From contig JAXMGY010000002.1 of assembly GCA_046347035.1 (NCBI GenBank), positions 24,552-88,551 of the forward strand: 64,000 bases of DNA, written 5' to 3'. The stretch is from Gammaproteobacteria bacterium (GTDB taxonomy: Bacteria; Pseudomonadota; Gammaproteobacteria; JAJPIJ01). Below are positions 28,914-39,723 of the stretch, piece by piece (the stretch's first letter is position 1; each line of letters begins with the position of its first letter). The notes below the pieces were generated by a model, which searched no databases, was not told the origin of the DNA, and saw nothing but the letters and a program-made list of their open reading frames with translations. A program made the translations under genes and the position numbers.

Positions 28914-29890
28914 TGCATCCCGCCAACAAAGATTCCGAACTCCAGGAACTCCACCGGCTGGTGGAAATGTTGAGCTATCTGGATGTCGGACTGGTCGTGC
29001 TTGATGGCGGAACCAGCGAAGTCAGCTTCTGGAACAGCTTCATGGAGAATCACAGCGGTATCGCCGCGCATCGCGCGCTGGGCAAGACGATTTTTTCACT
29101 GTTCCCGGATCTCGATGAAAACTGGTTTAGCAACAAGATCGAAAGTGTATTGCTATTGAAGAACCGCGCTTTCACGACTTGGGAACAACGGCCATATCTG
29201 TTTCGCTTTGCCAATCATCGTGTCGTCACCGGTATTGCGGACTTCATGTACCAAAACACCACTCTACTGCCGCTGACCAGTCTGAGCGGCAAAGTGGAAA
29301 GTGTCGCCATACTTATTTACGACGTTACTGACATCGCGGTAAACCGTCTGGCGCTATCGCGCGCCAATGCCGATTTACAGCGCCTCAGCCGCACTGACAG
29401 GTTAACTGGCCTCAACAATCGCGGCTATTGGGAGGAATGTTTAGTTCGCGAATTTACTCGCCGCGCCAGATATGGAGACATCTCAACGTTGGTTATTTTC
29501 GATATTGATCACTTCAAGAAGATCAATGATCAGTTCGGACATCAGGCCGGGGATGAAGTCATTCGCCAAACCGCGGCATTGCTAGGTCGGAATTTGCGCA
29601 ACAGCGATATCGGTGGCCGGTATGGTGGCGAGGAATTCGTCGCCCTATTAGTGGATACTGACGCCAACGGCACCCAGTACTTCGCAGAGCGCCTGCGCAA
29701 GACAGTGGAGTCACAGTCCATCACCTATATGGGTTCAGTGATTAAATGGACCATTAGCCTGGGCATTGCGCAGTTTCACCCTGCGCTCAAGGATCACAAG
29801 CAGTGGCTGGAAAAGGCCGATCAGGCCCTATACCAGTCCAAGCAGCAGGGCCGCAATCGCGTCACAGTATCGAACCTAGCCGCGGCATAA
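28913..29890 (+). CDS. PAS-GGDEF diguanylate cyclase
   Basis: ORF 28910..29890. The ATG at 28913 overlaps the preceding stop (TGATG). It has a PAS-like N-terminus, an intact GGEEF motif and an RNSD I-site 5 residues upstream. Confidence 0.9.
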   Translation: MHPANKDSELQELHRLVEMLSYLDVGLVVLDGGTSEVSFWNSFMENHSGIAAHRALGKTIFSLFPDLDENWFSNKIESVLLLKNRAFTTWEQRPYLFRFANHRVVTGIADFMYQNTTLLPLTSLSGKVESVAILIYDVTDIAVNRLALSRANADLQRLSRTDRLTGLNNRGYWEECLVREFTRRARYGDISTLVIFDIDHFKKINDQFGHQAGDEVIRQTAALLGRNLRNSDIGGRYGGEEFVALLVDTDANGTQYFAERLRKTVESQSITYMGSVIKWTISLGIAQFHPALKDHKQWLEKADQALYQSKQQGRNRVTVSNLAAA

Positions 29891-29956
29891 GAAGCAGAGC
29901 GGAAGTTCATATCACTTCGAGGAGTCGTTCGCACCGTGAGGTGGGCGACTTAACTA

Positions 29957-30436
29957 TCAGCCTTCTCGTGACGGCAACGTAAACGCCAGGATCAATGCGT
30001 CTTCGCGTCCTGTGGCCGCGGGATAGTAGTTGCGGCGATAACCCACTTCCGAAAAACCAGCGTGCCTATAAAGCGCGATCGCTTCCGCGTTCGTTGGACG
30101 CACCTCAAGGTATGCGGAGTGCGCATGATGCAACCTTGCTTCCGCCATTAGATGATCCAATATCGCGCGGCCGTGACCGCGTCCGCGCGATTCCTGTCGA
30201 ACACAGATGTTAAGGATGTGCGCTTCGCCGGCTCCCACCATCATCACACCATAACCTTCGATGCGTTCACCTCCGACCAACGTCCAGCACGGATACCCTA
30301 CGCGCAGGCAATCCTGAAATATGCCGAGCGTCCACGGAAACTCGTAGCATCGCTCTTCGACGTACATGACTTCTGGAAGGTCAGCCTCAACCATGGGCCG
30401 GATCTGGTACTCAACCGGCTTGATGACGGCGCTCAT
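29957..30436 (-). CDS. rimI: ribosomal-protein-alanine N-acetyltransferase RimI
   Basis: ORF 29957..30694, trimmed to [15 protein letters not shown] at 30436, which overlaps the upstream stop (ATGA). GNAT motif is [18 protein letters not shown]. Confidence 0.85.
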   Translation of the reverse strand: MSAVIKPVEYQIRPMVEADLPEVMYVEERCYEFPWTLGIFQDCLRVGYPCWTLVGGERIEGYGVMMVGAGEAHILNICVRQESRGRGHGRAILDHLMAEARLHHAHSAYLEVRPTNAEAIALYRHAGFSEVGYRRNYYPAATGREDALILAFTLPSREG

Positions 30437-31119
30437 GCGAGCCCGGCGTACACTTGTCTCGCAAACAGCAGATCCTGCCAAGCCTTGCGCTTTTCCAACG
30501 GCGAGCGCAGCAAATAGGCCGGGTGATAGGTGATTACCACCGGAATGCTGGTGTCCTGATAGCTGTATTTCCTGCCGCGCATTTTCCCAATTGGCGTGTC
30601 CACCTTCATTAGATTTTGGGCGGCGATCCGGCCAACTGCAAGGATGATTTTCGGTTTGACGAGCCGAATCTGCCGCTCCAGATAGTCGCGGCAAGCACTT
30701 TCTTCTTCCGGCTTGGGGTCGCGGTTACCGGGCGGGCGGCACTTGAGGATGTTGGCGATGTAGACCTGTTCGCGAGGCAGATCGATGGCCAGCAACATGG
30801 AATTGAGCAGACGCCCGGCGCGGCCGACAAATGGCTCACCTTGCCTATCTTCGTCTGCACCCGGCGCTTCGCCGATGACCATCCACTCGGCATTGCGATT
30901 GCCGACGCCAAACACTGTCTGCGTACGTGTCTGATGCAGCGGGCAGCGCTTGCAGCTGGAAACTATCGCAGTGAGTTCATCCCAATTCATGGCCGCGACG
31001 CGGTAGGCGTGCTCATCGCCGACTCGCGCAGGCGTATCCGGTTCGCTTGCAACCACCGCAGCGTTGTCCGCCTCCGACTCCGCGACAACACCGCGGCGTT
31101 GCCACACATCGATGCCCAT
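30433..31119 (-). CDS. uracil-DNA glycosylase, family 4
   Basis: The 228-aa ORF contains [50 protein letters not shown] and HPAYLLR. Confidence 0.85.
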   Translation of the reverse strand: MGIDVWQRRGVVAESEADNAAVVASEPDTPARVGDEHAYRVAAMNWDELTAIVSSCKRCPLHQTRTQTVFGVGNRNAEWMVIGEAPGADEDRQGEPFVGRAGRLLNSMLLAIDLPREQVYIANILKCRPPGNRDPKPEEESACRDYLERQIRLVKPKIILAVGRIAAQNLMKVDTPIGKMRGRKYSYQDTSIPVVITYHPAYLLRSPLEKRKAWQDLLFARQVYAGLA

Positions 31120-31181
31120 TTCCCGCAGATGCTTTGTGCGTCGCTTGTCCAGAGTGTTGCTCCTTTGAATCGCGTGCTATC

Positions 31182-32729
31182 TCATATGTGATCCGAAACC
31201 TGCGGGTGCGCGCGCTCCATCACTACGCTGAGTTTATTCAGCGCGTTGATGTACGCCTTTGCCGATGCAACGAGGATGTCCGTGTCGGCGCCCTGACCAT
31301 TGGCGATGCGGCCAGCCTTGTCCAAACGCACCGTCACCTCGCCTTGCGAATCCGTACCCGTGGTGATGTTGTTGACGGAGAACAACTGCAGGCTGCAGCC
31401 GCTGGTCATGATTTTCTCTATCGCTTTGAATGTTGCATCCACCGGGCCGCCGCCAGTGGAGTTTCCGACCCGTTCATTGCCGTCCACGGATAAGGCGATC
31501 TCCGCCACCGGCATTTCACCCGTCTCGCTGTGCACGCGCAGATAAACCAGTTTGACGCGCTCCTGCGTAGCCGCCAGGTTGGTCTCTGTAACAAGCGCCT
31601 GCAGATCCTCGTCGAAGATGTCATGCTTGCGATCGGCCAAATCCTTGAAGCGTGCGAACGCTTCGTTGAGATCCTCTTCGCGTTTGAATTCGATGCCGAG
31701 ATCCGAAAGCCGCGTCTTGAAGGCATTGCGACCTGAGTGCTTTCCCAGCACCATACGGTTGGCGTTCCAACCCACATCTTCAGCGCGCATAATTTCGTAG
31801 GTCTCGCGATGCTTCAACACGCCATCCTGGTGAATGCCGGATTCGTGCGCGAAGGCATTGGCACCGACAATAGCTTTGTTGGGCTGCACGGCGTAACCGG
31901 TGATTGTCGACACCAGCTTTGAAGTCGGCACAATCTGCGTGGTATCAATGTCACAGGTAACGTGGAAGACGTCACGGCGCGTCTTCACCGCCATTACGAT
32001 CTCCTCCAACGACGCATTTCCGGCGCGCTCACCGAGACCGTTAATCGTGCACTCCACCTGCCGCACGCCGGCCTGTACGGCCGCCAAAGAATTCGCCACT
32101 GCCATGCCAAGGTCATTGTGGCAATGCGTCGACCACACCACTTTGCCAGCATTTGGCACACGGGTAATAAGCTGTTGAATGCGCTCGGCCCATACCGAGG
32201 GCACACTGTAGCCAACGGTGTCCGGCACATTAATGGTGCGTGCACCTGCGTCGATGGCCGCTTCGAAAACACGGCAAAGAAAATCCAGATCAGATCGCAC
32301 CGCGTCTTCGGCGGAGAATTCCACATCATCGGTGTATTGGCGCGCGCGCTTGACCGCATGTACCGCCTGTGCGACGACCTGATCCGGCGTCATTTTCAAC
32401 TTCATCGCCATGTGTATGGGCGAAGTGGCGATGAAGGTGTGAATGCGTGCGCGACGCGCGGGTTTCAGTGCTTCTGCCGCGCTGTCGATATCCTTATCCA
32501 AGGCGCGCGCCAATCCGCACACCGTGCTGTCTGTAATTGTTTCGGCAACCGCTTTCACCGACGCGAAATCGCCGGCGCTGGCGATCGGAAATCCCGCTTC
32601 GATGACATCAACCTTCAGGCGTTCCAACGCACGGGCGATACGTACCTTCTCATCCAGGGTCATGGACGCGCCGGGGCTTTGTTCACCATCGCGAAGCGTC
32701 GTGTCAAATATGATCAATCTGTCCTTCAT
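31182..32729 (-). CDS. leuA: 2-isopropylmalate synthase
   Basis: The 515-aa ORF contains [31 protein letters not shown] and a C-terminal LeuA dimerisation/regulatory domain. Confidence 0.95.
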   Translation of the reverse strand: MKDRLIIFDTTLRDGEQSPGASMTLDEKVRIARALERLKVDVIEAGFPIASAGDFASVKAVAETITDSTVCGLARALDKDIDSAAEALKPARRARIHTFIATSPIHMAMKLKMTPDQVVAQAVHAVKRARQYTDDVEFSAEDAVRSDLDFLCRVFEAAIDAGARTINVPDTVGYSVPSVWAERIQQLITRVPNAGKVVWSTHCHNDLGMAVANSLAAVQAGVRQVECTINGLGERAGNASLEEIVMAVKTRRDVFHVTCDIDTTQIVPTSKLVSTITGYAVQPNKAIVGANAFAHESGIHQDGVLKHRETYEIMRAEDVGWNANRMVLGKHSGRNAFKTRLSDLGIEFKREEDLNEAFARFKDLADRKHDIFDEDLQALVTETNLAATQERVKLVYLRVHSETGEMPVAEIALSVDGNERVGNSTGGGPVDATFKAIEKIMTSGCSLQLFSVNNITTGTDSQGEVTVRLDKAGRIANGQGADTDILVASAKAYINALNKLSVVMERAHPQVSDHI

Positions 32730-32828
32730 GTCTGCTCTCCACCGATAGGCGCAATGCTACCGGTTCTAGTATTTGGTCTTCAGATTTCCGCGTTTAACCC
32801 CGCCGGGGTGGATGAGAATTTTTGCCCG

Positions 32829-32918
32829 TCAGGGCAGCAGCAGAAACGACAGGCGCAGCGACACCCGGAGCAGACAGGCTGCGAATTGATTCTGGTCGTT
32901 GCGGTTGGCAGGAATCAT
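32829..32918 (-). promoter_or_regulatory. candidate Leu-rich leader peptide ORF upstream of leuA (29 codons)
   Basis: My minus-strand translation is MIPANRNDQNQFAACLLRVSLRLSFLLLP-stop. Seven Leu fall in the last 15 codons, including LLL just before the stop. It starts about 20 nt downstream of a good sigma-70 promoter. No clear Shine-Dalgarno and no U-rich terminator were seen. Confidence 0.3.
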
Positions 32919-32945
32919 TTAAGTTCGCACAGCATTTGTAGGACA

Positions 32946-32974
32946 AATATAAACAAAGGTCTGCGCTTTGACAA
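32946..32974 (-). promoter_or_regulatory. sigma-70-like promoter for the leuA leader
   Basis: The minus strand reads TTGTCA-17 nt-TATATT (-35 at 32969..32974, -10 at 32946..32951). Confidence 0.45.
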
Positions 32975-33016
32975 CGCGAGCGAACGCGCAGGCAGAATAA
33001 TTTTCTAGAAGCAAGC

Positions 33017-33867
33017 CTACTGCGAGGGCGTATCGGCCCCGGGCGCCCGCCGCGCGGCGCGGCGCTTGCGCAACTGCAGGAGCGTAAACACCGGTCCCGA
33101 AGCTGCATAGGCCAGGAAACCCAGGAAAATATGTAGCGGCGGATTGATGGAAATAAATACAAACGCCAACACGATAAGCAGAATGATGAAAAACGGCACA
33201 CGGCCTTGCAGATCTAAATCCTTGAAGCTGTGGTAGCGAATATTACTCACCATCAGCAGACCGGCCGCAGCGGTCAACGCCATCGTCAACGTACCCATCA
33301 CCACTGAACCGCGCATCCCGTTCTCGGTTCCCACCCAGACAATGCGCGAAACGAGTGCTGCCGCCGAAGGGCAGCCCCTGAAAATACTTCTTGTCGGCCT
33401 TGCCCACCTGCGTGTTGAATCTTCCAGTCGCAACGCCGCCATCGTCGCGTAAAGAAACGCCACTACCCAGCCGGTCTTGCCGAATAGTGCAGCGCCCAAA
33501 GATAGGAAATCAGCGCCGGCGCCAACCCGAAGGACACCATGTCGGAAAGGCTGTCATACTCGGCGCCAAAGGCGCTTTGCGTGTTAGTCAAACGCGCCAC
33601 GCGGCCGTCCAAGCCATCGAGGATCATCGCCGCAAAGATCGAGACCGCAGCCGTTTCAAAGCGATCATTGATCGCGGCCACGATCCCATAAAATCCAGCG
33701 AACATCGCTGCGGTGGTGAAAAGGTTTGGCAACAGGTAAATGCCGCGCCGCCGGCGTGGCGGCGCCTCGGCATCGCTGTCTTCAGCAGGACGTCGCATCG
33801 ACGGAAACAGGGGACGCGGCTCTTTTGAATCGCGCTCCGAGTTTGCTTTTGTCGCTTCGTCTTGCAA
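33017..33867 (-). pseudogene. pssA: CDP-diacylglycerol--serine O-phosphatidyltransferase, disrupted by three frame changes as given
   Basis: The two ORF-track pieces (33463..33867 and 33017..33499) are in different frames. The N-terminal piece has the CDP-alcohol phosphatidyltransferase motif DGLDGRVARLTNTQSAFGAEYDSLSD. A third frame between about 33367 and 33424 reads the conserved RFNTQVGKADKKYFQGLP. Confidence 0.85.
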
Positions 33868-33916
33868 CCTACCCTCCGGCCCAGATTGTCATACCTACAT
33901 CCAGCATAGCACGGTT

Positions 33917-33948
33917 CAAAAAAGCAAACCCCGCCGGAGGCGGGGTTG
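33917..33948 (-). terminator. rho-independent terminator downstream of ilvC
   Basis: The minus strand reads AACCCCGCCTCCGGCGGGGTT followed by TGCTTTTTTG. Confidence 0.75.
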
Positions 33949-34064
33949 TTGCATCTGGATACCGCACACTTGTGCAGGGGACGTCCTGACTAGATCCTGG
34001 CGCCGTATGCGATCCCTCGCTGAAGCTCGGGATGATCAGCGAGACTCCATTGACGCCTCACTGA

Positions 34065-35704
<1,640 letters not shown>

Positions 35705-35719
35705 GTTCGGTACCTTACC

Positions 35720-37464
35720 TCAGGCAAGCTCGCGGTTGGTGGGTTGCGGCTGCGGATTACCCGGCGCCAAATGCATCTCATGATGGCCTTTACCGGAAGC
35801 GATCATCGGATACACGTTCTCGGTCTGATCGGTGACGAAATCCATGAGCACCAGTTTATCCTTCATGTTTATGGCTTCCTTCAACGCCGAACGAACGTCT
35901 TTGACGTTTTCAACACGCATGCCGACGTGGCCGAACGCCTCGGCAAGCTTCACGAAATCCGGCAGCGCGTCCATGTATGAGTGCGAATAACGGCGATCGT
36001 AGAAGAATTCCTGCCACTGCCGCACCATGCCCATGTAACGATTGTTGAGATTGATGATCTTGATAGGCAGGTTGTACTGCAGCGCCGTCGACAGCTCCTG
36101 AATGCACATGACGAGACTGGCCTCGCCGGTGATACAACACACCACGCTGTTCGGAAATCCGAGCTGCACGCCCAACGCCGCCGGCATGCCAAAACCCATG
36201 GTGCCGAGCCCGCCTGAATTGATCCAGCGCCGCGGCTTGGCGAACTTGTAGTACTGCGCCGCCCACATCTGATGCTGCCCCACATCGGAGGTGATAAATG
36301 CATCGCCCTTGGTCACTTCGTACAACTCTTCAATCACAAACTGCGGCTTGATGACGTTGCTCTTGCGGTCATAACGCATGCAATCAAGCGAAGCCCACTC
36401 AGCAATCTGTTTCCACCACGGGTGCGTCTGGCGATCGAGCGGCTTGACCTCGGCCTCACGTAGCAGCTGATTCATCTCGCGCAGCACTTCACGCGCGGAA
36501 CCCACAATGGGCACGTCGACCGGCACATTCTTGGAGATAGACGACGGATCGATGTCGACGTGAATAATCTTGGCGTAGGGGCAGAACTTCTCCAGATTGC
36601 CGGTGACGCGATCATCAAAGCGCGCACCGACCGCCAGCAACACATCGCAGTTGTGCATGGCCATGTTGGCTTCGTAGGTGCCATGCATGCCCAGCATGCC
36701 TACGAATTGTTTGTCCGTGCCGGGATAGCCGCCTAGCCCCATCAGCGTATTGGTGATGGGATAACCACGATGAGATTGGCCAAACTCGGTCAAGTCCTCG
36801 GCGGCGTCGCAGAGAATAATGCCGCCGCCAGTAATACTATGGGCTTCTTCGCTTCCAGCAGCAATTGCACAGCTTTGCGGATCTGGCCAGGATGTCCCTT
36901 GCTCGTCGGTTTATACGAACGCATTTCAATATTGCGCGGGTAGTAATACTCGCAACTATCAGCCGTCACATCTTTCGGAATATCCACCACCACGGGACCT
37001 GGACGACCACTGGCAGCGATAAAGAACGCCTTTTTGATTGTCGGCGCCAGATCCTCGACCTTTTCCACTAGGAAATTGTGCTTTACGCACGGACGAGTGA
37101 TGCCGATGGAGTCGACTTCCTGGAATGCGTCATTGCCGATGAGGTGCGTGGGCACCTGGCCGGTGAACACCACCATCGGGATAGAATCCATGTAGGCGGT
37201 GGCAATGCCGGTGACGCAGTTGGTTGCGCCAGGGCCGGAAGTCACCAGCACCACGCCGGGCTTGCCAGTGGCGCGCGCGTAACCATCGGCCGCATGGGTC
37301 GCGCCTTGCTCGTGGCGAACGAGGATGTGCTTGACGGCTTCCTGCTTGAACAGTGCGTCATAGATGTGCAGTACGGCACCGCCTGGGTAGCCGAAGATGA
37401 ATTCCACGCCTTCGTCCTTCAATGCCTCGACGAAGATTTCCGCACCACGCATGCGCCTGCTCAC
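35720..37464 (-). pseudogene. ilvI: acetolactate synthase large subunit, single frameshift as given
   Basis: The pieces 36790..37464 and 35720..36793 are adjacent in different frames. The frames join as ...LLEAKKPIV / [38 protein letters not shown] around 36831..36837, consistent with one missing T in GTATT(T)ACT. Confidence 0.9.
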
Positions 37465-37574
37465 TGGTCGCGCCCCTAAATTGTTGGTCGACGATTTGGG
37501 GGCCGTTTCGGCCCCGCTATTCCTAAGTACCGGGATTCAACCCGAAAAACCGGAGAAAACTCAAAGAACAACGG

Positions 37575-37603
37575 AAATTACAGGGCTTCCAGACCGAGGT
37601 CAA
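37575..37603 (-). promoter_or_regulatory. sigma-70-like promoter upstream of ilvI
   Basis: The minus strand reads TTGACC-17 nt-TAATTT, about 105 nt upstream of the ilvI start. Confidence 0.35.
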
Positions 37604-37639
37604 GCTCGGGGCGCCGGCGCCACATTCCCCACCTTTATT

Positions 37640-37659
37640 CTCCCCCGCAGGCGGGGGAG
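37640..37659 (-). terminator. GC-rich hairpin just downstream of phbB
   Basis: CTCCCCCG-CAGG-CGGGGGAG forms a perfect 8-bp stem 13 nt after the phbB stop. There is no clear U-tract on the minus strand, so terminator function is tentative. Confidence 0.4.
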
Positions 37660-37671
37660 GGTAGTCCCGCG

Positions 37672-38418
37672 CTACTGCATGTGCTGGCCGCCGTTGATAG
37701 CAATGTTGGCGCCGGTAACGAAGGCTGCCTCGTCCGACGCGAGGTAAGCTACCAGGCCCGCCACTTCTTCCGGCAAACCGAGCCGGCCGACCGGGATCTG
37801 TGGCAGGATTTTTGAGTCCAGCACGTCCTTTGGAATGGCCGTGACCATCTTGGTGCCAATATAGCCGGGCGAGATGGTATTGACGGTCACGCCCTTCTTC
37901 GCCACTTCCAGCGCCAGCGCTTTGGTGAAGCCGTGCATGCCGGCCTTGGCCGCCGAGTAATTGGTTTGGCCGAATGCACCCTTCTGGCCATTAACCGAGG
38001 AAATATTCATGATGCGGCCCCAACCGCGATCAACCATGCCATCGCAGACCTGCTTGGTCATGTTGAAGCAGCTGTTGAGATTGGTGGTCATGACGGCCAG
38101 CCAGTCGGCCTCGGTCATTTTCTTGAAGGTGACATCCTTGGTGATGCCGGCGTTGTTAACCAGCACATCGACCGGCCCGGCTTGCTTGACCACCAGCGCA
38201 ACCGCCTCCGCACAGGAGGCATAGCTCGTTACATCGCAGGGCACGGCGATAAAGTCGTAACCAGCCGCTTTCATCTCCGCCAGCCATTCGCCGTGCTTGG
38301 TATTGCCTGGCGAGTAAGTCGCCGCAACCTTGTACTTCAAAGCTGCGAGCTTCTTACAAATGGCTTCGCCCAAACCGCCCATACCCCCAGTTACCAGTGC
38401 GACGCGCTGACCCATCAT
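37672..38418 (-). CDS. phbB: acetoacetyl-CoA reductase (SDR family, PhaB/PhbB type)
   Basis: The 248-aa ORF contains VALVTGGMGGLGEAICKKL, NNAGITKD and NYSAAKAGMHGFTKALALE. The full-length style matches PhbB. Confidence 0.8.
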   Translation of the reverse strand: MMGQRVALVTGGMGGLGEAICKKLAALKYKVAATYSPGNTKHGEWLAEMKAAGYDFIAVPCDVTSYASCAEAVALVVKQAGPVDVLVNNAGITKDVTFKKMTEADWLAVMTTNLNSCFNMTKQVCDGMVDRGWGRIMNISSVNGQKGAFGQTNYSAAKAGMHGFTKALALEVAKKGVTVNTISPGYIGTKMVTAIPKDVLDSKILPQIPVGRLGLPEEVAGLVAYLASDEAAFVTGANIAINGGQHMQ

Positions 38419-38700
38419 GCTCTCCTCAACTTGTCCGGATTTTAAATGGAAATGAAATAGGGACAGGCCACGATTTCAAAGTCAGAAAATCAGTGGTCGG
38501 ATTGTACAGCGGTCATTACTTCGATTGGTGGAAGCCAAACGGTGGAAACCGTGGCTCGTCCCCTATTTCACGGCCAATGATAACTCCAATGTCGCAATGT
38601 GCGACCGCATCAGATCAAGTTTTCAGGCAACGCACAAAGCACACAAAAATGGAAAGCCTATGATTAACTTAGACATCGGCCACCGCCGAGGCAGAAATAG

Positions 38701-38720
38701 AAAACCCCGCGAGCGCGGGG
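38701..38720 (-). terminator. rho-independent terminator downstream of PEP-CTERM gene 1
   Basis: The minus strand reads CCCCGCGCTCGCGGGG followed by TTTTCTATTTCT. Confidence 0.65.
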
Positions 38721-38747
38721 CTTATGCACCACCCTGTTCAGCGACAG

Positions 38748-39394
38748 TCAGGAAAGAGGAGTTTGACCACAGGCCCTTCTGCGGCCCATGCCTGCCAAAC
38801 CCAACAGCGCCGAACCCATGAGCCACACCGCCGCCGGCAGCGGAACTGGCGCTGCGATTCCGGGAATGCCACTGAGTTTGAAATCATCGACAGCCCAAAG
38901 GCCACTGGACAGATTCGCTCCCGCAGCATGCAGCTTCACGTTATGTGTTCCCGCCGCGAAGACTAGGCTTGGCAAGACGGTAGAATTCGTACCCCCGATA
39001 CCGCCATGGGTGGAACCACTGCCGAAACCGAATCCGTCAATGGACAACGACCACGCGGTCGGACCGAAGATGGTCGCGTCGAAGAACGACAAAGATGTGA
39101 ACGTTACGGTGAACCCTGCCGTGACGGTGAAACTAAAGGTGTAGTCGTTGCCTAAACCATTCCAACCCTTGCCCCAGACGAAGTCAAACAGCGTGGAAGA
39201 GCCACCGGTGTTGATAAAGGTTGGCGAACCGTTGCTCATAGACCACGGGCTTACAGAAGAAATCGCCGGGCCGAAGTTTGAAGATCCTGAGGCGGAACCA
39301 TTGTCGAAATTGAATTTGATGCTTGCCGCGCCTGCTGTGCCAGACGTGCACAGAAGCGCCAACCGGCAATCGCCGTCAGCAGCCTGAATCGCAT
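38748..39394 (-). pseudogene. PEP-CTERM (VPLPA-type) sorting-domain secreted protein, probable frameshift inside the signal peptide
   Basis: ORF 38748..39416 starts at a TTG and lacks a signal peptide. An ATG at 39394 with the Shine-Dalgarno GGAGGAG opens MRFRLLTAIA... in another frame, which would join to ...LALLCTSGTAGAASIKF. The C-terminus is PVPLPAAVWLMGSALLGLAGMGRRR. Confidence 0.75.
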
Positions 39395-39574
39395 TTTCTC
39401 CTCCACTACATATCAACGCTGGCGTTCGGGTCTGGAAATCCAGCCCGTGCTCTTTTTCGTTGGGGGTCCAGCGGTCCAGGTGGGTCGGCCTGAAAGCCTT
39501 GCGGGTGCGTCCTGCACCTCAGGGTTTATCGCTCCCGGCGGTTTGTATCCGCAAAGGGGTGTTCAGATTGTCGG

Positions 39575-39614
39575 AATATACGACGGCGGCACTTACAAAT
39601 CGCTTACAGATTCG
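39575..39614 (-). promoter_or_regulatory. tandem heptamer box plus -10 upstream of PEP-CTERM gene 1
   Basis: The minus strand reads CGAAT-CTGTAAG-cgat-TTGTAAG-tgccgccgtcg-TATATT. Confidence 0.6.
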
Positions 39615-39640
39615 AAGATTCCTGTCCCAAACAGGTCAAG

Positions 39641-39669
39641 AAATAACAAACCCCGCCGAGGCGGGGTTT
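39641..39669 (-). terminator. rho-independent terminator downstream of PEP-CTERM gene 2 (part of a 46-nt repeat)
   Basis: The minus strand reads AAACCCCGCCTCGGCGGGGTTT followed by GTTATTT. Confidence 0.75.
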
Positions 39670-39723
39670 GCTGCACTGCCATGTGTGAACCGTTCTACAG
39701 AAGCCGATGATATAGGTTCCGAA

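Noticed and set aside
30433-31119. Family-4 uracil-DNA glycosylase (often annotated as phage SPO1 DNA polymerase-related) as a prophage remnant
   Set aside because: It is coupled by an ATGA overlap to rimI in a common chromosomal arrangement. No other phage-like genes are nearby.
31962-33008. 348-aa plus-strand ORF overlapping leuA. Similar long antisense ORFs occur at 7051..7860 (dapF), 8959..9759 (nagZ), 9824..10648 (permease) and 27468..28307 (cysM).
   Set aside because: High-GC genomes generate long stop-free antisense frames. In every case the opposite strand carries a well-conserved gene, and the antisense products are Arg/His/Ala-rich nonsense.
37465-37574. ilvIH transcription attenuator or leader peptide
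   Set aside because: The only small ORF in the leader (MWRRRPELDLGLEAL) is not rich in Ile/Val/Leu runs. The GGGGCCGAAACGGCCCC hairpin lacks a U-tract. The evidence is insufficient.
37672-38418. phbB as part of a polyhydroxyalkanoate synthesis operon
   Set aside because: No phaA, phaC, phaP or phaR gene is adjacent. The gene stands alone between the ilv operon and the PEP-CTERM cluster, so no operon-level claim is supported.
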